Source: Somniosus microcephalus
Lineage: Eukaryota
Assembly (NCBI GenBank): GCA_052327205.1
Contig: CM126202.1
Location: 179,366,001 to 179,430,000, forward strand
DNA length: 64,000 bases
Reading direction: 5' to 3'
Position 1 is the first letter of the stretch. Each line of letters begins with the position of its first letter. Under the pieces are notes generated by a model. It was not told the DNA's origin and searched no databases. It worked only from the letters and a program-made list of their open reading frames with translations. The translations under genes were made by a program, and so were the position numbers. Shown in pieces: positions 1 through 11,142 of the stretch.

Positions 1-504
1 CCTGGCTTTTGTAAAGCAATGTTTCAGCCTGTGTATTCCTATTTTTGGCGTCCGAGATAATTTGATACCCAATGTCTATTTTGTCTGCCTCCTCCACCAT
101 CTGTGATTACCTCCTGCCTGCTTGCCTTTTAAATTTACAGGCCAACGGAGCCGGATGTGGTGGGATTGCTACAAATTTAATCCTAATTAGCTTGACTTTC
201 ATTTGCTTCATTTTCCACAGTAGCATTATTTCCTTTCTTTGTCTTAATGGGACCGGATTGTCAAAGTGAAGTGTCTTGTCAGGAGGCTGAGGAGCAGGAC
301 ATGAAATTGGGTTCACGTGATTGATTGACACAGTTTGTAAGATTGGCAAAGCAGGAAGACACTTTTTCCCCTTGCTGTATCACTTCAACTGAAAACAAGA
401 AAAAATGAAGGGTCATATTAAGTGACCGAATAATAAATATTACTCTATAGCCAAAAAGAAAATATGATGAACTGACAAAATATTAAAATCTTATTTACGT
501 TAAA

Positions 505-900
505 CTTCCCCGATGGCTTAGTGGTAAGTGCACTGCCGGGTGTAGTACTGAAGGATGCAAGTTGGGATGGTCCGAGTTTCAATTCCTTGTGTATGCTGAG
601 TTAGATGATTCATATGAGGTAGCAGAAGAGGCATTCCAAATGGACACAGTAGCCCTGTGTGCAAGAGGGGGAAAAATCAGCCAGCGTTCCTGCTCCTGCT
701 CACTATGCAATGGCCTCTGCTGGAAAGTGCAGATGATTGGGTGTCCAGTGAGGATAGGACCAGGCTCAGCTGTCAAACAGCCTGCTAGCACTCACTGTCA
801 AGGTTCACATGCGTGTGAGCTGCTGAAAAGGCTGCCAGTCTTTTGGAATCATAGCTTGGTGAGAGTTCTCACCTTCAAGAAAGGAGTGGAAAGAAGAAAC
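505..900 (+). mobile_element. Old tRNA-derived SINE
   Basis: A-box-like GATGGCTTAGTGG and B-box-like GTTTCAATTCC head; body motif AAAATCAGCC recurs in degenerate copies near 21910-22230 (-), 48000-48200, 56079-56300 and 56640-56900. Boundaries approximate. Confidence 0.55.
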
Positions 901-1163
901 TGGGTGAATAGTGGGGAGAAAATATTCTACATACTGCATAAGTAGAATATACGTCAGGACAGGCAGTGTATGGAGGAAAAACACCCTTTGTGCTCAGCAC
1001 TACTCATCGGCATCTGTTAGTAATGCCACTATGTCTCCTGGATGAATTCTGTATTTATAGAGTTTACACCAGTTTCCTTCAAAGGGACATCATGGAGCAG
1101 TCAACAAATTATCCATTACACAATCGATAGGCCTCTTAATTAAACTTCATTTGAAAAAATTAG

Positions 1164-2013
1164 GGGGGAGAAATTCGGTTGGTTTGCGCCTCCCGTTAGC
1201 GCCTTAAGAGGGCGCTAATGGGGCGCAAAGCAACTAGCGCCCGGGCGCGGCGATGTCTGTGCCGCTCACAAAATGAACTAGACATTTTGCGGCGGTGCTA
1301 AACACTACCGCCATGATCTCCTGCACCAGCAGATCGTGACGTGACGTCAGTCGAGAGTGCAACGCCCCGGTAGTGCCTCGGACCGGATATTGAGTGGCGC
1401 CCCTGTCTTACCGCCTGCCGCTAGCAACGACAGGTTGAGGGGAGCGTTTTGCAGTCGGGAAGGGACTGGGGGAGCGCTATTTAAAGGCGACCGCTTCCTG
1501 CCTTTTTCAGTCGGCGAAATCTTTGCACCACGCATTCTGAGAGAGAGAGACTGCAAGAGATATTGTTGAGGAGTTTTGGGTACTGAGCAGCACTTTGCAG
1601 GTTCTTTCTGATTTGATCTTCCTTGCATCGATTTAGAAGAGAATATGGGGGCTGCACTCTGAGCTCTTTCCCCTGGGCCTCTCTATTGTTCTTTACAACA
1701 GATTTGATGTACGGGTCTCTCCAGGCCAAGATTCAAGGTTGCAATGAGCAGGGTGTGGATGGAGAGCCAGATTGACCCCCCCCCCCTTTAAGAACTGGCC
1801 GGCGCCAGTGTGTCTGTGTTCCATTGCTGACTGATATCACATGAGCTTCGCCAGCGCTCTGAGGTAGCGCCTCGCTCCTCGGTCTTTGTGCCTTAAGACA
1901 GGTGTGTAGCGTCTGATTTAGTGCTCCAATCACCTCCAGGGGCGATAAAAGCCAAGTTTGCAGCCGGAGGCGATAATTGCGCCCCAAATGGGGCGATACT
2001 GAATTTCTCCCCC
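1164..2013. mobile_element. Harbinger-type MITE
   Basis: TIR GGGGGAGAAATTC / GAATTTCTCCCCC; flanks TAG/TAA; GC-rich palindromic interior with no credible ORF. Confidence 0.75.
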
Positions 2014-2711
2014 TAATAGTTTTAGATTTCAACTTCAAAAATAAAAAGTGACATTCGAAAGCAGTTCTACTGATTGGCATTTTTATGCCTAGCCTTTTAC
2101 ATGCATATTGGTTCGATGAAAAACTTAAATTTCACAGTCCCCTACTTTTTCTCTCTTTGCCTATTCTATTAAAAATGATAGACTTTAGGATGGAAATTGC
2201 TGTCAGCATTAAGCCTAATAGCTGCAGTACAGATCAGTAACTTAGAAAGTGCTATTTTTGTCTAATTTTCCTCTGATTCTTAAATACCAAAAATTGCTCT
2301 GGACTGAAAGTTAATTCTGAATGCTACAACGGTGAACAAGTGTGTTATAGTAATTGGCCTACAAATTGGATATAGCCAAGAAATGGGCAGTGTTCAGTCT
2401 TAAATGAGGTTAAGCTGCACCACCTGAAAATGGTCTAGGTAGCACACAAAATTCATGCTCACTCTTCATTAACATGATTGTAGTCGTGATTTCAGCGCTG
2501 AAACTGATGCTCATGGGCTTTACACTGAACAGGTGGACAATATCGGGGCCAGTCTAATTCAAAGTCATGATTGCCACAGACTTTTTCCACCACTTAAAGG
2601 GGAGGTGCATTAATGCTGCAGCACCTCATTGTCAGGGTGGTTGGGTGTTCAGTTGCCCCAACAGCCAAGTAAAGAAGCTTCAGGACAAGGAACAGACAGT
2701 TACCAGTCGTC

Positions 2712-5447
2712 ATGGCAGAACCTGGACAGAGGGAGAGAGCCTGTAGGTTCTCCGATGAAGCTCTTCAGGCATTGGTATTCACAGCGGAGAGGAGGCAGGT
2801 GGTCCTCAGACTGGCAGGAGGCCCTCAGAACACACATGTGGCGTGAGATCGAGGACCACGTCACGTCCAGCACTGAGGTCCCCAGGACTCACACCCAGTG
2901 CAGGAAGAAGTTTAACAACCTCACACGGGTGGTCAAGGTGAGTGAAGGCTTCAACAAATGCCATATCCCACCATCTGCACCACAAGCTTCACACACTGCT
3001 CAATGCACCAAACCCCCAGCACTCAAAGCAACAATCTCTACCTATCAACACTCACACCCATATCTCACACCTTGCACACAATTGCAGCTTTTCAACGATG
3101 GCAAGCACATCACCCAAACACATTGCATTAAACTCATTCACACACTTCTCTTTCTCTTTCAGTCGCACATAATCGGAGGGAGCAGGTGTAAACAGGTGGG
3201 GGCCAAGCAGCCTTTCAACAGCTAAGCCAGCTCGAGGAGAGAGTATGGGAGATCATTGGGCGCCACGTGGCAGAGGCCGTGGCCATCGATGAGGTTGAAC
3301 CTCTTGGGGACAACAACGGTATGTTCATTCCTAATCCTTCTTGCATCCCACTTCTCACATCCCACTTCCATCTCAGCTCACAATCTATTTTCACTTTCAA
3401 GCTACTCATGCTGTATTTCTGGCTTTCCCTCACCCTCACTATAACCCGACTCTTGTGCCTTTTCTGCTTTCAGATAATCAACGAGCAGCCTGTCCCCGAG
3501 GGCACCGCTGGGAGCGAGGGGGGTGAAGATGAGGAGGAAGAAGACACTGCATCACTGCATTTCTCACTCGTAGACACAAGCTCAGAAATTGGCACTATGT
3601 GAACTTTAGAGGCTTGTGTAGAAGCAGAATCTGCACACGGTGAGGCATTGGGCATGAGTGGGCTGCAGCAAGGCCAGAGGGAAAGGGTAGCTCGGGGGCC
3701 AACTTCCCGGAGGGTGAGTTCGCGCGTGGGTTCTGCTGCACAGGACTCAGACGAGGACCTTGATGGAGAGGCCTTCAGAAGAAGGGTGATGGGTATGCAC
3801 ACAGAAATGCTTGGTGCAATGGCAAGGCTGCCAGAGAGCCTCTTGACAATGTGAAGGAGCATGGAGGAGTCCACCTCCAACATTGCACGAGGCTTTGCGC
3901 ATAGCATGGAGCCCAGGATTTCCAGCCTGGAAATGATGGTACACTCCCAGAGAGACTGTGGTGACCCAGACATGATGGTGCGCATGATGGGTGATGTCGC
4001 AGCTTCCGTTGCAGCACTGGCAGAAACGACCTGGTGCTTAGTGCTGCAGCGGAAGCTCAGGCTGATCTCATGCAGTCTCAGCGTGATGCCACCCAAGCTC
4101 AGACTGATCTCATGCAGTCTCAGCGTGATGCCACCCAAGCTCAGGCTGCTGTCATGCAGTCTCAGCGTGATGCCACCCAAGCTCAGGCTGATCTCATGCA
4201 GTCTCAGCGTGATGCCACCCAAGCTCAGACTGATCTCATGCAGTCTCAGCGTGATGCCACCCAAGCTCTGACTGATCTCATGCAGTCTCAGCGTGATGCC
4301 ACCCAAGCTCAGGCTGATCTCATGCAGTCTCAGCGTGATGCCACCCAAGCTCAGACTGATCTCATGCAGTCTCAGCGTGATGCCACCCAAGCTCTGGCTG
4401 ATCTCATGCAGTCACAGCGTGATGCCACCCAAGCTCAGGCTGATCTCATGCAGTCTCAGCGTGATGCCACCCAAGCTCAGGCTGATCTCATGCAGTCTCA
4501 GCGTGATGCCACCCAAGCTCAGGCTGATCTCATGCAGTCTCAGCGTGATGCCACCCAAGCTCAGGCTGCTGTCATGCAGTCTCAGCGTGATGCCACCCAA
4601 GCTCAGGCTGATCTCATGCAGTCTCAGCGTGATGCCACCCAAGCTCTGACTGATCTCATGCAGTCTCAGCGTGATGCCACCCAAGCTCAGGCTGATCTCA
4701 TGCAGTCTCAGCGTGATGCCACCCAAGCTCAGACTGATCTCATGCAGTCTCAGCGTGATGCCACCCAAGCTCTGACTGATCTCATGCAGTCTCAGCGTGA
4801 TGCCACCCAAGCTCTGACTGATCTCATGCAGTCTCAGCGTGATGCCACCCAAGCTCTGACTGATCTCATGCAGTCTCAGCGTGATGCCACCCAAGCTCAG
4901 ACTGATCTCATGCAGTCTCAGCGTGATGCCACCCAAGCTCAGGCTGATCTCATGCAGTCTCAGCGTGATGCCACCCAAGCTCAGGCTGATCTCATGCAGT
5001 CTCAGCGTGATGCCACCCAAGCTCTGACTGCTGCCATCATGGCTGGGTTTACCGGCACAACCGGGGCTTGCAGGGTGTCGCTGCAGCCCAGCAATCTGTG
5101 TTCCAACAGATTGCTAGGAATGCTGAGGCGCTGCCCCAGGGAGTGGCAGTGGGTCAGTGGAGCATGACCCTGCTGTCCTATCTCAGGATGACAATATTCC
5201 TGTTCCCACCATTGCCACCCCGTCATTGCCCTTGCCACTGCCTGTTAGTCAGCCATTCCAGACTGCTGCCACCCATGCCGAGGTGGTGCAGTCTACAGCC
5301 GGGCCTTCTAGGTTCACAGCTGCTCAAGGTTGTCCTGCACGGCCATCTGAAGTCTCCCGCAAGGAAACTCAGCAGCCTTCCACCAGCGATGCTGCAGCTA
5401 CTGGGGGAGCACTTCGTAGGAGCACTAGAATAGGAAAAGCCACATGA
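2712..5447 (+). pseudogene. Harbinger Myb/SANT-like DNA-binding protein gene (3 exons, frameshifted)
   Basis: ATG 2712 MAEPGQRERACRFSDEALQALV, then frameshift to WREIEDHV..RTHTQCRKKFNNLTRVVK|gtgag (2937); exon 2 3163-3318; exon 3 from 3474 with stops/frameshifts. Confidence 0.8.
4053..5030 (+). repeat. 42-bp tandem repeat x23 encoding QAQADLMQSQRDAT
   Basis: Unit CAAGCTCAGGCTGATCTCATGCAGTCTCAGCGTGATGCCACC; 23 units counted in ORF 4034-5167. Confidence 0.97.
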
Positions 5448-5563
5448 ACAAAAGACACTAAAGGATTGCACCAAGGTGATTAGTTAATAGTATTATTGTA
5501 AATATGTATCATGTGAATATTGATAAATTTATTAATTTTGTTTGGAATCTTTTGTGGTGTCTC

Positions 5564-6622
5564 TCAATTCAGCTTTGTGCCCAGGAGAAGCATGTGATAT
5601 TCCGTGAGACAGGGATGGAATGATGGGGATATGGTGAGCAACGGGGATTCATTCATTCGAATCGGTGTCTCATGGACTCGAATGAGCCGCTCACGGACAG
5701 CCCGTCCGGATGGACGATTGGGCTCCTGCCTCCTCCCTCCCTCCTCTTCCTCTTGCTCCTCGTTCTCATCCTCTTCCTCCTTGTCCTCCTCTCCCTCGTC
5801 CCCCTCTTGAGGTGGTGGCGCGATCCCTGCTGGCAAGGGCTGTGCTCTCATGATGGCCAAGTTGTGAAGCATGCAGCAGACCACCACAAAATGGGACACC
5901 CGCTCCGCGAAGTACTGGAAGGCTCCTCCTGAGCGGTCGAGGCAGCAGAACCGTTGCTTCAGTATCCCAATCCCGATGGTCTGCTCGATGATGTTCCTGG
6001 TGGGGACATGGCTCTCATTATTATGAGTGCTGGGTACAAGTGTTGGGGTTGCAGAATGGAGTCATGAACCAGGTGCAGAGCGGATAGCCTCTGTCTCCGA
6101 GCAGCGACCCTCGAGCTTGTTGTGGTGGCTGGAAGATTGCTGGCACACTGGACTGGCACAGGATGAAGGTTGCTGCCAGGATAGTGGGCATTGACATTGA
6201 GGATTCGCTGTGCATGGTCGCGCACCAACTGCACATTGAGTGAGTTGTAGCCTTTGCGGTTACAGAAGATCTCAGGATTGTTATACAGTGCCCGCAAACC
6301 ACGTGTGTGCAGTCGATGGCACCCTGCACCTTGGGGAAGCCCGCTCTCCTGGCAAAGCCACATGCGCACTCATCCTGCTTCTCTCTGCTAAGAGAGAAGC
6401 CAACGTAGTCTCTTCTCCTGGTGTAGAGAGACTCAGTGACCTCCCGAATGCAATGATGGATAGTGAACTGTGAGATGTTAGCTATGTCACCTGCTGCAGA
6501 CTGGAAGGATCTGCTGGCGAAGAAATTGAGGGCCACGGTGACCTTGACTGCCACTGGGAGAGCGGTGTTTACTCTGCTTTAAGAATGCAGGTCTGGTTGC
6601 AGGGTTGGCAGAGTTCTGTGAC
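5564..6622 (-). pseudogene. Harbinger (HARBI1-like) DDE transposase, main part, frameshifted
   Basis: VAVKVTVALNFFAS..FQ, GFPKVQGAIDCTHV, NRKGYNSLNVQLV, LLGDRGYP, VVCCMLHNLA, spread over several frames. Confidence 0.9.
6466..6622 (+). repeat. 157-bp direct repeat, copy 1 (copy 2 at 9593-9749)
   Basis: AACTGTGAGATG...GTTCTGTGAC occurs on both sides of the Gypsy fragment; one mismatch seen. Confidence 0.95.
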
Positions 6623-9592
6623 TGATATGCCATCAATGACTCAAAGACAAGGATTCAACTGAAGGCTTTTAATCACTAAGAACATAGCAGCATAGCAGGT
6701 CTTCCCACATCGGGTTCGTCTGGTAGTGAGTGACTCATGCAGCTTCTGAGACCTTTATATGACAAAAGACAGGGGCGTAGCCAATACACACAATAGGAAC
6801 AAAAGGGTGCGGTTCACACAATACAAGCAGGTAAAATACAAGCAGGTCTGATGAAGGCATATTTCATCACATTCACCCCTTCTACAGATTTAGTCTGTCC
6901 AGGGGTGTGATAGTCCTTCCTGAACGTCGCAACAGTACCTCGGGTTCCGACCGGGAGTCCGTGGTGCCCTCCTGGGCATACCCATGTGCTGGGGGTGTTG
7001 CAGGTACTTCTGGGGGTGGTGAGGATACCTCTGGGGATGGTGGAGGTTCTTCTGGGGGTGCTGGTGATGGGTCGTCGTCGTCGCTTCCTGCCGAGGTGAG
7101 GTCCTTTATGGACACGGTGTCTTCACGCCCGTCGGCATGCTTGACGTACGCGTACTGTGGGTTTGCGTGGAGTAGGTGTACTGCCTCCACGAGGGGATCC
7201 GTTTTGTGGCCCCTCACATGCTTCCGTAACAGGACTGTCCCTGGGGTGGAGAGCCACGAGGGTAGGGACACTCCTGAGGTTGATTTGCGGGGAAAAACAA
7301 ACATCTTCTCGTGAGGAGTGGTGTTAGTAGCAGTACACAGTAGCGACCTTATCGAGTGGAGTACGTCTGGGAGGACCTCCTGCCAGCGGGAGGTGGGGAG
7401 GCCTTTAGACCTTAGTGCTAAGGTGACCGCCTTCCACACTGTCGCGTTCTCCCTCTCCACTTGCCCATTACCCCGGGGGTTATAACTAGTGGTCCGACTC
7501 GTGGCTATCCCCTTCGACAGCAGGTATTGGCGCAGTTCATCGCTCATGAACGACGCCCCCCTGTCAGTGTGGATGTAGTTAGGCATGCCGAACGTGCAAA
7601 ACAGGTTGCCGAGGCACTTGATGACCGTGGCACTGGTCATACCTGGGCAGGGGTAGGCGAATGGGAAGCGGGAGTACTCGTCCACAATGTTGAGAAAGTA
7701 CACATTGCGGTCGGTGGAGGGGAGTGGTCCCTTGAAATCTAAGCTCAGGCGCTCGAATGGCCGTATAGCTTTGATCAGGTGGGCTCGGTCGGGCCTGAAA
7801 AAACGGGGCTTGCATTCCGCACAGGTGCGGCAGTTCCTGGTCATAGACTGGACCTCCTCGATGGAATAGGGCAGATTACGGGATTTTATAAAGTGGAATA
7901 GCCGGGTGACCCCCAGGTGGCAGAGGCCATTGTGGAGGCCCTGTAGCCTGTCCCCCTGGATGCTGGCACATATCCCTTGTGATAGGGCGTCGGGGATTCG
8001 TTGAGGGCCCCCGGCCTATATATTATGTCGTACTCAAACGTGGAGAGTTCGATCCGCCACCTGAGAATTTTGTCGTTCTTGATCTTCCCCCTCTGTTGTT
8101 AAACATGAAGGCTACCGACCGCTGGTCGGTAAGCAGGGTGAAGCGTTTGCCGGCTAGGTAGTGCCTCCAGTGCCGCACTGCCTCCACTATGGCCTGGGCC
8201 TCCTTCTCTACTGAGGAGTGCCTGATCTCGGGCCCTTGGAGGGTTCTTGAGAAAAAGGCTACGGGCCGCCCATCCTGGTTGAGGGTGGCTGCTAAAGCGA
8301 AGTCGGACGCATCGCTTTCGACCTGGAAAGGGATGTTTTCGTCCACTGCCCGCAGCGCGGCCTTCTCAATGTCGTGTTTAATGCTGTTGAAGGCGGCGTG
8401 GGCCTCGGCCGTGAGCGGGAAGGACGTTGATTTCAGGAGGGGACGGGCCTTGTCGGAATAATTGGGGACCCATTGGGCGTAATAGGAGAAGAACCCCAGG
8501 CACCTTTTCAGGGCCTTGGAAGTGTTTGGTAGGGGTAGCTCCCGTAGGGGGCGCAATCGGTCGGGGTCCGGACCGATTTCCCCGTTTTCCACCACGCAGC
8601 CCAGGATGCAGAGGCGCGTGGTGCTAAAGACACACTTATCCTCGTTGTAGGTGAGATTGAGTCTGAGGGCGGTTTTCAGAAATCTCGCGAGGTTCGAGTC
8701 GTGGTCTTGCTGGTCGTGGCCGCAGATGGTGACGTTGTCTAGGTATGGGTAGGTGGCTGTTAACTGGTTCTCATCGACCATGCAGTCCATCTCCCGCTGG
8801 AAGACTGAGACCCCGTTCGTTACCCCAAAGGGGACTCTGAGGAAGTGGTAGAGATGTCCGTTCGCCTCGAAGGCGGTGTATGGACGGTCCTCCGGCCTAA
8901 TGGGGAGCTGGTGGTATGCTGATTTTAGGTCGATGGTGGAAAACACCCGGTATTGCGCGATTTGGTTAACCATATCCGCTATGCGGGGCAGAGGGTAGGC
9001 GTCTAGCTGGGTGTATAGATTAACCGTCTGGCTATAATCTATCACCATCCGCTTCTTTTCGCTCCCCTTAACTACTACTACCTGGGCGCGCCACGGGCTG
9101 GTACTGCATTCGATGATACCCTCCCGCTTGAGTCTTTCTACTTCCGACGCAATGAACCGTCTATCCTCCCAGCTGTACCGCCTACTCTTGGTCGCTGTGG
9201 GTCGACAGTTGGGTGTGAGGTTGGCGAACAGAGAGGGCGGCTTGACCTTCAGGGTAGCCAGACCGCACACTGTGAGGGGCGGCTGGGACCCGCCATAGGT
9301 AAGCGTGATACTTTGGTGGTGGCACTGGAAGTCCAGACCCAAGATCACGCTCACACAGAGATCTGGCATTATCAGTAGTTTAAAATCTCTGTAATCATTG
9401 CCTTTTACCGACAACATAACCGCGCAGAAACCTGTAATTTTTGAGGTATGAGTCTTATCGGCCATGGCGATTTTGCCCTGTGTGGGGACTATCGTTAGAG
9501 AAAGTCGTTTTACCAGGCTAGGATGAATGAAGCTTTCAGTGCTCCCGCAGTCAATCAAGCATTTAACCTTGTTCCCGTTTACCTCTATGTCC
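6623..9592 (-). mobile_element. 5'-truncated Ty3/Gypsy LTR retrotransposon (pol plus 3' LTR only)
   Basis: LTR 6623-6871 (TG...CA) next to a polypurine tract (AAGGGGTGAA on -); PR-RT-RNaseH-integrase order; no gag or 5' LTR. Confidence 0.9.
6882..7844 (-). CDS. Gypsy integrase (C-terminal pol, frameshifted from RT)
   Basis: CRTCAECK zinc finger, LSLDFKGPLP, HTDRGASF, NGQVEREN. Confidence 0.88.
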   Translation of the reverse strand: MTRNCRTCAECKPRFFRPDRAHLIKAIRPFERLSLDFKGPLPSTDRNVYFLNIVDEYSRFPFAYPCPGMTSATVIKCLGNLFCTFGMPNYIHTDRGASFMSDELRQYLLSKGIATSRTTSYNPRGNGQVERENATVWKAVTLALRSKGLPTSRWQEVLPDVLHSIRSLLCTATNTTPHEKMFVFPRKSTSGVSLPSWLSTPGTVLLRKHVRGHKTDPLVEAVHLLHANPQYAYVKHADGREDTVSIKDLTSAGSDDDDPSPAPPEEPPPSPEVSSPPPEVPATPPAHGYAQEGTTDSRSEPEVLLRRSGRTITPLDRLNL

Positions 9593-9681
9593 AACTGTGA
9601 GATGTTAGCTATGTCACCTGCTGCAGACTGGAAGGATCTGCTGGCGAAGAAATTGAGGGCCATGGTGACCTTGACTGCCAC
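8023..9681 (-). CDS. Chimeric ORF: ~29 aa of Harbinger transposase fused to Gypsy protease-RT-RNaseH
   Basis: MAVKVTMALNFFASRSFQSAAGDIANISQ joined to LDIEVNGNKVKCLIDCGS (protease), IDLKSAYHQ, YLDNV, ESDASDFA. Confidence 0.85.
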   Translation of the reverse strand: MAVKVTMALNFFASRSFQSAAGDIANISQLDIEVNGNKVKCLIDCGSTESFIHPSLVKRLSLTIVPTQGKIAMADKTHTSKITGFCAVMLSVKGNDYRDFKLLIMPDLCVSVILGLDFQCHHQSITLTYGGSQPPLTVCGLATLKVKPPSLFANLTPNCRPTATKSRRYSWEDRRFIASEVERLKREGIIECSTSPWRAQVVVVKGSEKKRMVIDYSQTVNLYTQLDAYPLPRIADMVNQIAQYRVFSTIDLKSAYHQLPIRPEDRPYTAFEANGHLYHFLRVPFGVTNGVSVFQREMDCMVDENQLTATYPYLDNVTICGHDQQDHDSNLARFLKTALRLNLTYNEDKCVFSTTRLCILGCVVENGEIGPDPDRLRPLRELPLPNTSKALKRCLGFFSYYAQWVPNYSDKARPLLKSTSFPLTAEAHAAFNSIKHDIEKAALRAVDENIPFQVESDASDFALAATLNQDGRPVAFFSRTLQGPEIRHSSVEKEAQAIVEAVRHWRHYLAGKRFTLLTDQRSVAFMFNNRGGRSRTTKFSGGGSNSPRLSTT

Positions 9682-9960
9682 TGGGAGAGCGGTGTTTACT
9701 CTGCTTTAAGAATGCAGGTCTGGTTGCAGGGTTGGCAGAGTTCTGTGACCACATCCTTGTTGAAGCGTAGCCTCCTAAGACACTACTCCTCGCTTAATTG
9801 GAGGTAGGAGAAGTGCTGTCGGAGTACACTAGATAGGCCTCCTCCCCCCACTGCGCGCATGCTCCTGTCTTCCTCACTCCATTTGCTGTAGATCCGGAGG
9901 GTGAGGTCGACTGTTGAATGTGAGCAAGAGTTGTGTGCAGAAGCCTTTTAAAGAAATAAT
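9593..9960 (-). pseudogene. N-terminal part of the Harbinger transposase, including copy 2 of the 157-bp repeat
   Basis: RFNKDVVTELCQ..LQPDL..TALPVAVKV, with a stop and frameshift; 5' boundary approximate. Confidence 0.7.
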
Positions 9961-10322
9961 GAGGGAGCTCTTCACTTGCAACAATACTTCCTGTTACCAA
10001 ATAACCTTGAAATAAGTAAAGAAAGCTGTTGGAGTTGTAGGAAGTAGCACAGAGCTACTCAGGCGCAACTGATTGCTGATGATCCCTTTAAATATTGTTG
10101 CTGAAGCCTCCTTCCTGCTGTTGGATGCCTGCTCTCCCTGTCGTTGTTTAGACATGCCGTTAAGTTCAATGGCAAGAACGAATACTGCAGATTGCGCGTC
10201 AAGAGAGCATTGACCACTCACCGGCATCACGATCTCGACTGAACAGGAGTGAGGGAGGGAGGGGAGAAGTATATTACAGTACAACAAATAACTTTTGTCT
10301 GCTATGCATGCTCCATAACTTT

Positions 10323-11142
10323 GGGCTGGATTTTATCAATGGAGGCTAGTAGGAGGCGGGACTCCCACTTTTGGGGTTGGAGTCCCGCCTCCATCGAGTT
10401 GTGGCCAACCCACTTGATTTTCCCTTGATTGACCTTGTTGAGCCCACCCAGCGGGCTCAGCAGGCCAATTAAGGGCCACCCGGCAACAGGAGACGTCACA
10501 GATTGACATTTCATCTGTTGAGCTTTTGACAGATGAAATATCAGCATTTGACAGCTCTTTGAAGCTGTCAAATGCTGATATTCTGTACTCTAAGTTAATT
10601 CCTTCCTCCAGAATAGAAAGCAGAATGCTGCAACTTTTAACAGCTCGCGGCCATTCTGCTTTCTGTGCCGGTGAGATGAGGGACTCCCGAGACCTGAAGG
10701 AAGGAAGCCTGCATTAGTAAGTAAAGGTAAGTAAAACTTATTTAAACACTTTACACACACCAAACACACTTACCTCTGCACTCATGCACCCATCACTCAC
10801 CTGAACACCGGACATCTCGAACCCTCCAAGTCCTTCAGCCCGACGGTCCGCCTCGCTAACTTGGCGTGATTTGGAGCCGTCGGGCAGCCCACACTTCAGG
10901 GATAAAAATAGGGATTAGGCTAAAAACTGCCTGTTAACTACCTGTTAACAGGCAGTTAATTGGCACTAATCCCCTTCCCGCCTCGGGGAGGCGGCTCCCA
11001 GCACAGGTCGGGTACCCGCCTCCTGTGAAACGGGCATGGAGGCGGGTCGGGGGCAGAATGGGTTCGTGCCCCCCTGATTTCGCGATTTTAACCCCCCACA
11101 CGCCTCCATTCCCGCCTCCACGGCCCTGGGAAATTCTAGCCC
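10323..11142. mobile_element. Harbinger-type MITE family B, copy 1
   Basis: Ends GGGCTGGATTTT / AAATTCTAGCCC; TTT duplication; collinear with 52585-53379. Confidence 0.85.

Larger units (their letters stand above)
2356..10240. mobile_element. Degenerate autonomous-type PIF/Harbinger element interrupted by a Gypsy fragment
   Basis: Left end GGCCTACAAATT; Myb/SANT gene on + convergent with a DDE transposase on -; right TIR not found, so right boundary is approximate. Confidence 0.8.

Noticed and set aside
1-400. Strong minus-strand acceptor (TTTTTTCTTGTTTTCAG at about 390) followed by coding-like sequence
   Set aside because: All frames hit stops soon and no family was recognised; at most a decayed exon.
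505-600. Functional tRNA gene
   Set aside because: No complete cloverleaf; continues into a repeated SINE body.
3470-5020. Long antisense ORFs (GGITLRLHEISLSL repeats)
   Set aside because: By-products of the 42-bp repeat.
4053-5030. CRISPR-like array
   Set aside because: Contiguous tandem units with no unique spacers, in a eukaryotic context.
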